The notes under the pieces: generated by a model
What the model was told of the DNA's origin: nothing
Databases searched by the model: none
Seen by the model: the letters and a program-made list of their open reading frames with translations, nothing else
Program-made: the position numbers and the translations under genes
Shown: positions 63,904 to 64,000 of the stretch, one piece after another
Numbering within the stretch: the first letter of the stretch is position 1
How the letters are laid out: each line of letters opens with the position of its first letter
NCBI GenBank assembly: GCA_007571305.1
Contig: RKRR01000138.1
Coordinates: 27,331-91,330 of the forward strand
Origin: Candidatus Poribacteria bacterium
GTDB taxonomy: Bacteria; Poribacteria; WGA-4E; WGA-3G
Direction: 5' to 3'
Length of the DNA stretch: 64,000 bases

Positions 63904-64000
63904 TTAACCCAAGTTGCTACGGACACGTTTTTAGGAAACCCATAGATGCCGTTTTTCAACGAAAATCCTTCAGTATTTGGCTGTTTTTGTAGCATAGGTT
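63904..64000 (-). repeat. family B repeat, copy B7 (cut by window end)
   Basis: TTAACCCAAGTTGCTACGGACAC... matches the reverse complement of the right part of 55343-55622. A core starts at 63988. Confidence 0.6.

Noticed and set aside
1-64000. tRNA, rRNA or tmRNA genes
   Set aside because: Intergenic regions were read for cloverleaf-like or rRNA-like sequence and none was evident. This is a by-eye negative; tRNAscan or Infernal would be decisive.

Overview
This 64-kb window looks like a chromosomal segment from an uncultivated heterotrophic bacterium. All calls come from reading the sequence and recalling motifs; no searches were run. About 50 CDS are supported.

Housekeeping genes: uvrA, a UvrD/PcrA helicase, gatC-gatA, alaS, recX and coaD.

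Metabolic and envelope genes:
- Five Gfo/Idh/MocA oxidoreductases, two PhyH-type dioxygenases, a ThuA-like protein and a xylose-isomerase-like TIM barrel protein.
- Methylmalonate-semialdehyde dehydrogenase and a double-length UxaA-type dehydratase.
- An FGE-sulfatase/BNR fusion, a TonB-dependent receptor and two ABC ATPases.
- An ECF sigma / anti-sigma / HtrA stress module.

This gene content resembles sponge-associated or PVC-like lineages, but the taxon cannot be determined from here.

The supplied ORF track misses a roughly 979-codon minus-strand frame (1-2937) that runs off the window. It encodes an HExxH peptidase with LVIVD repeats.

Accessory content:
1. A visibly AT-richer island (about 38.3-42.9 kb) carries a stand-alone DUF262 protein, an amino-DNA-methyltransferase and two tandem paralogous PD-(D/E)xK nucleases. 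This is the best candidate for a non-canonical defence system.
2. A hicAB module lies next to a solo IS200/IS605-type tnpB with a putative omega RNA.
3. A decayed phd/vapC pair sits upstream of uvrA.

Two adjacent ORFs (4318-4803 and 4807-5058) are one reading frame interrupted by a single UGA, with a hairpin 11 nt downstream. I read this as a candidate GrdB/PrdB-like selenoprotein.

Nearly every long intergenic spacer holds MITE-like repeats. At least three families with different termini share one roughly 25-nt hairpin core that shows compensatory stem changes. No rRNA, tRNA or CRISPR array was seen.
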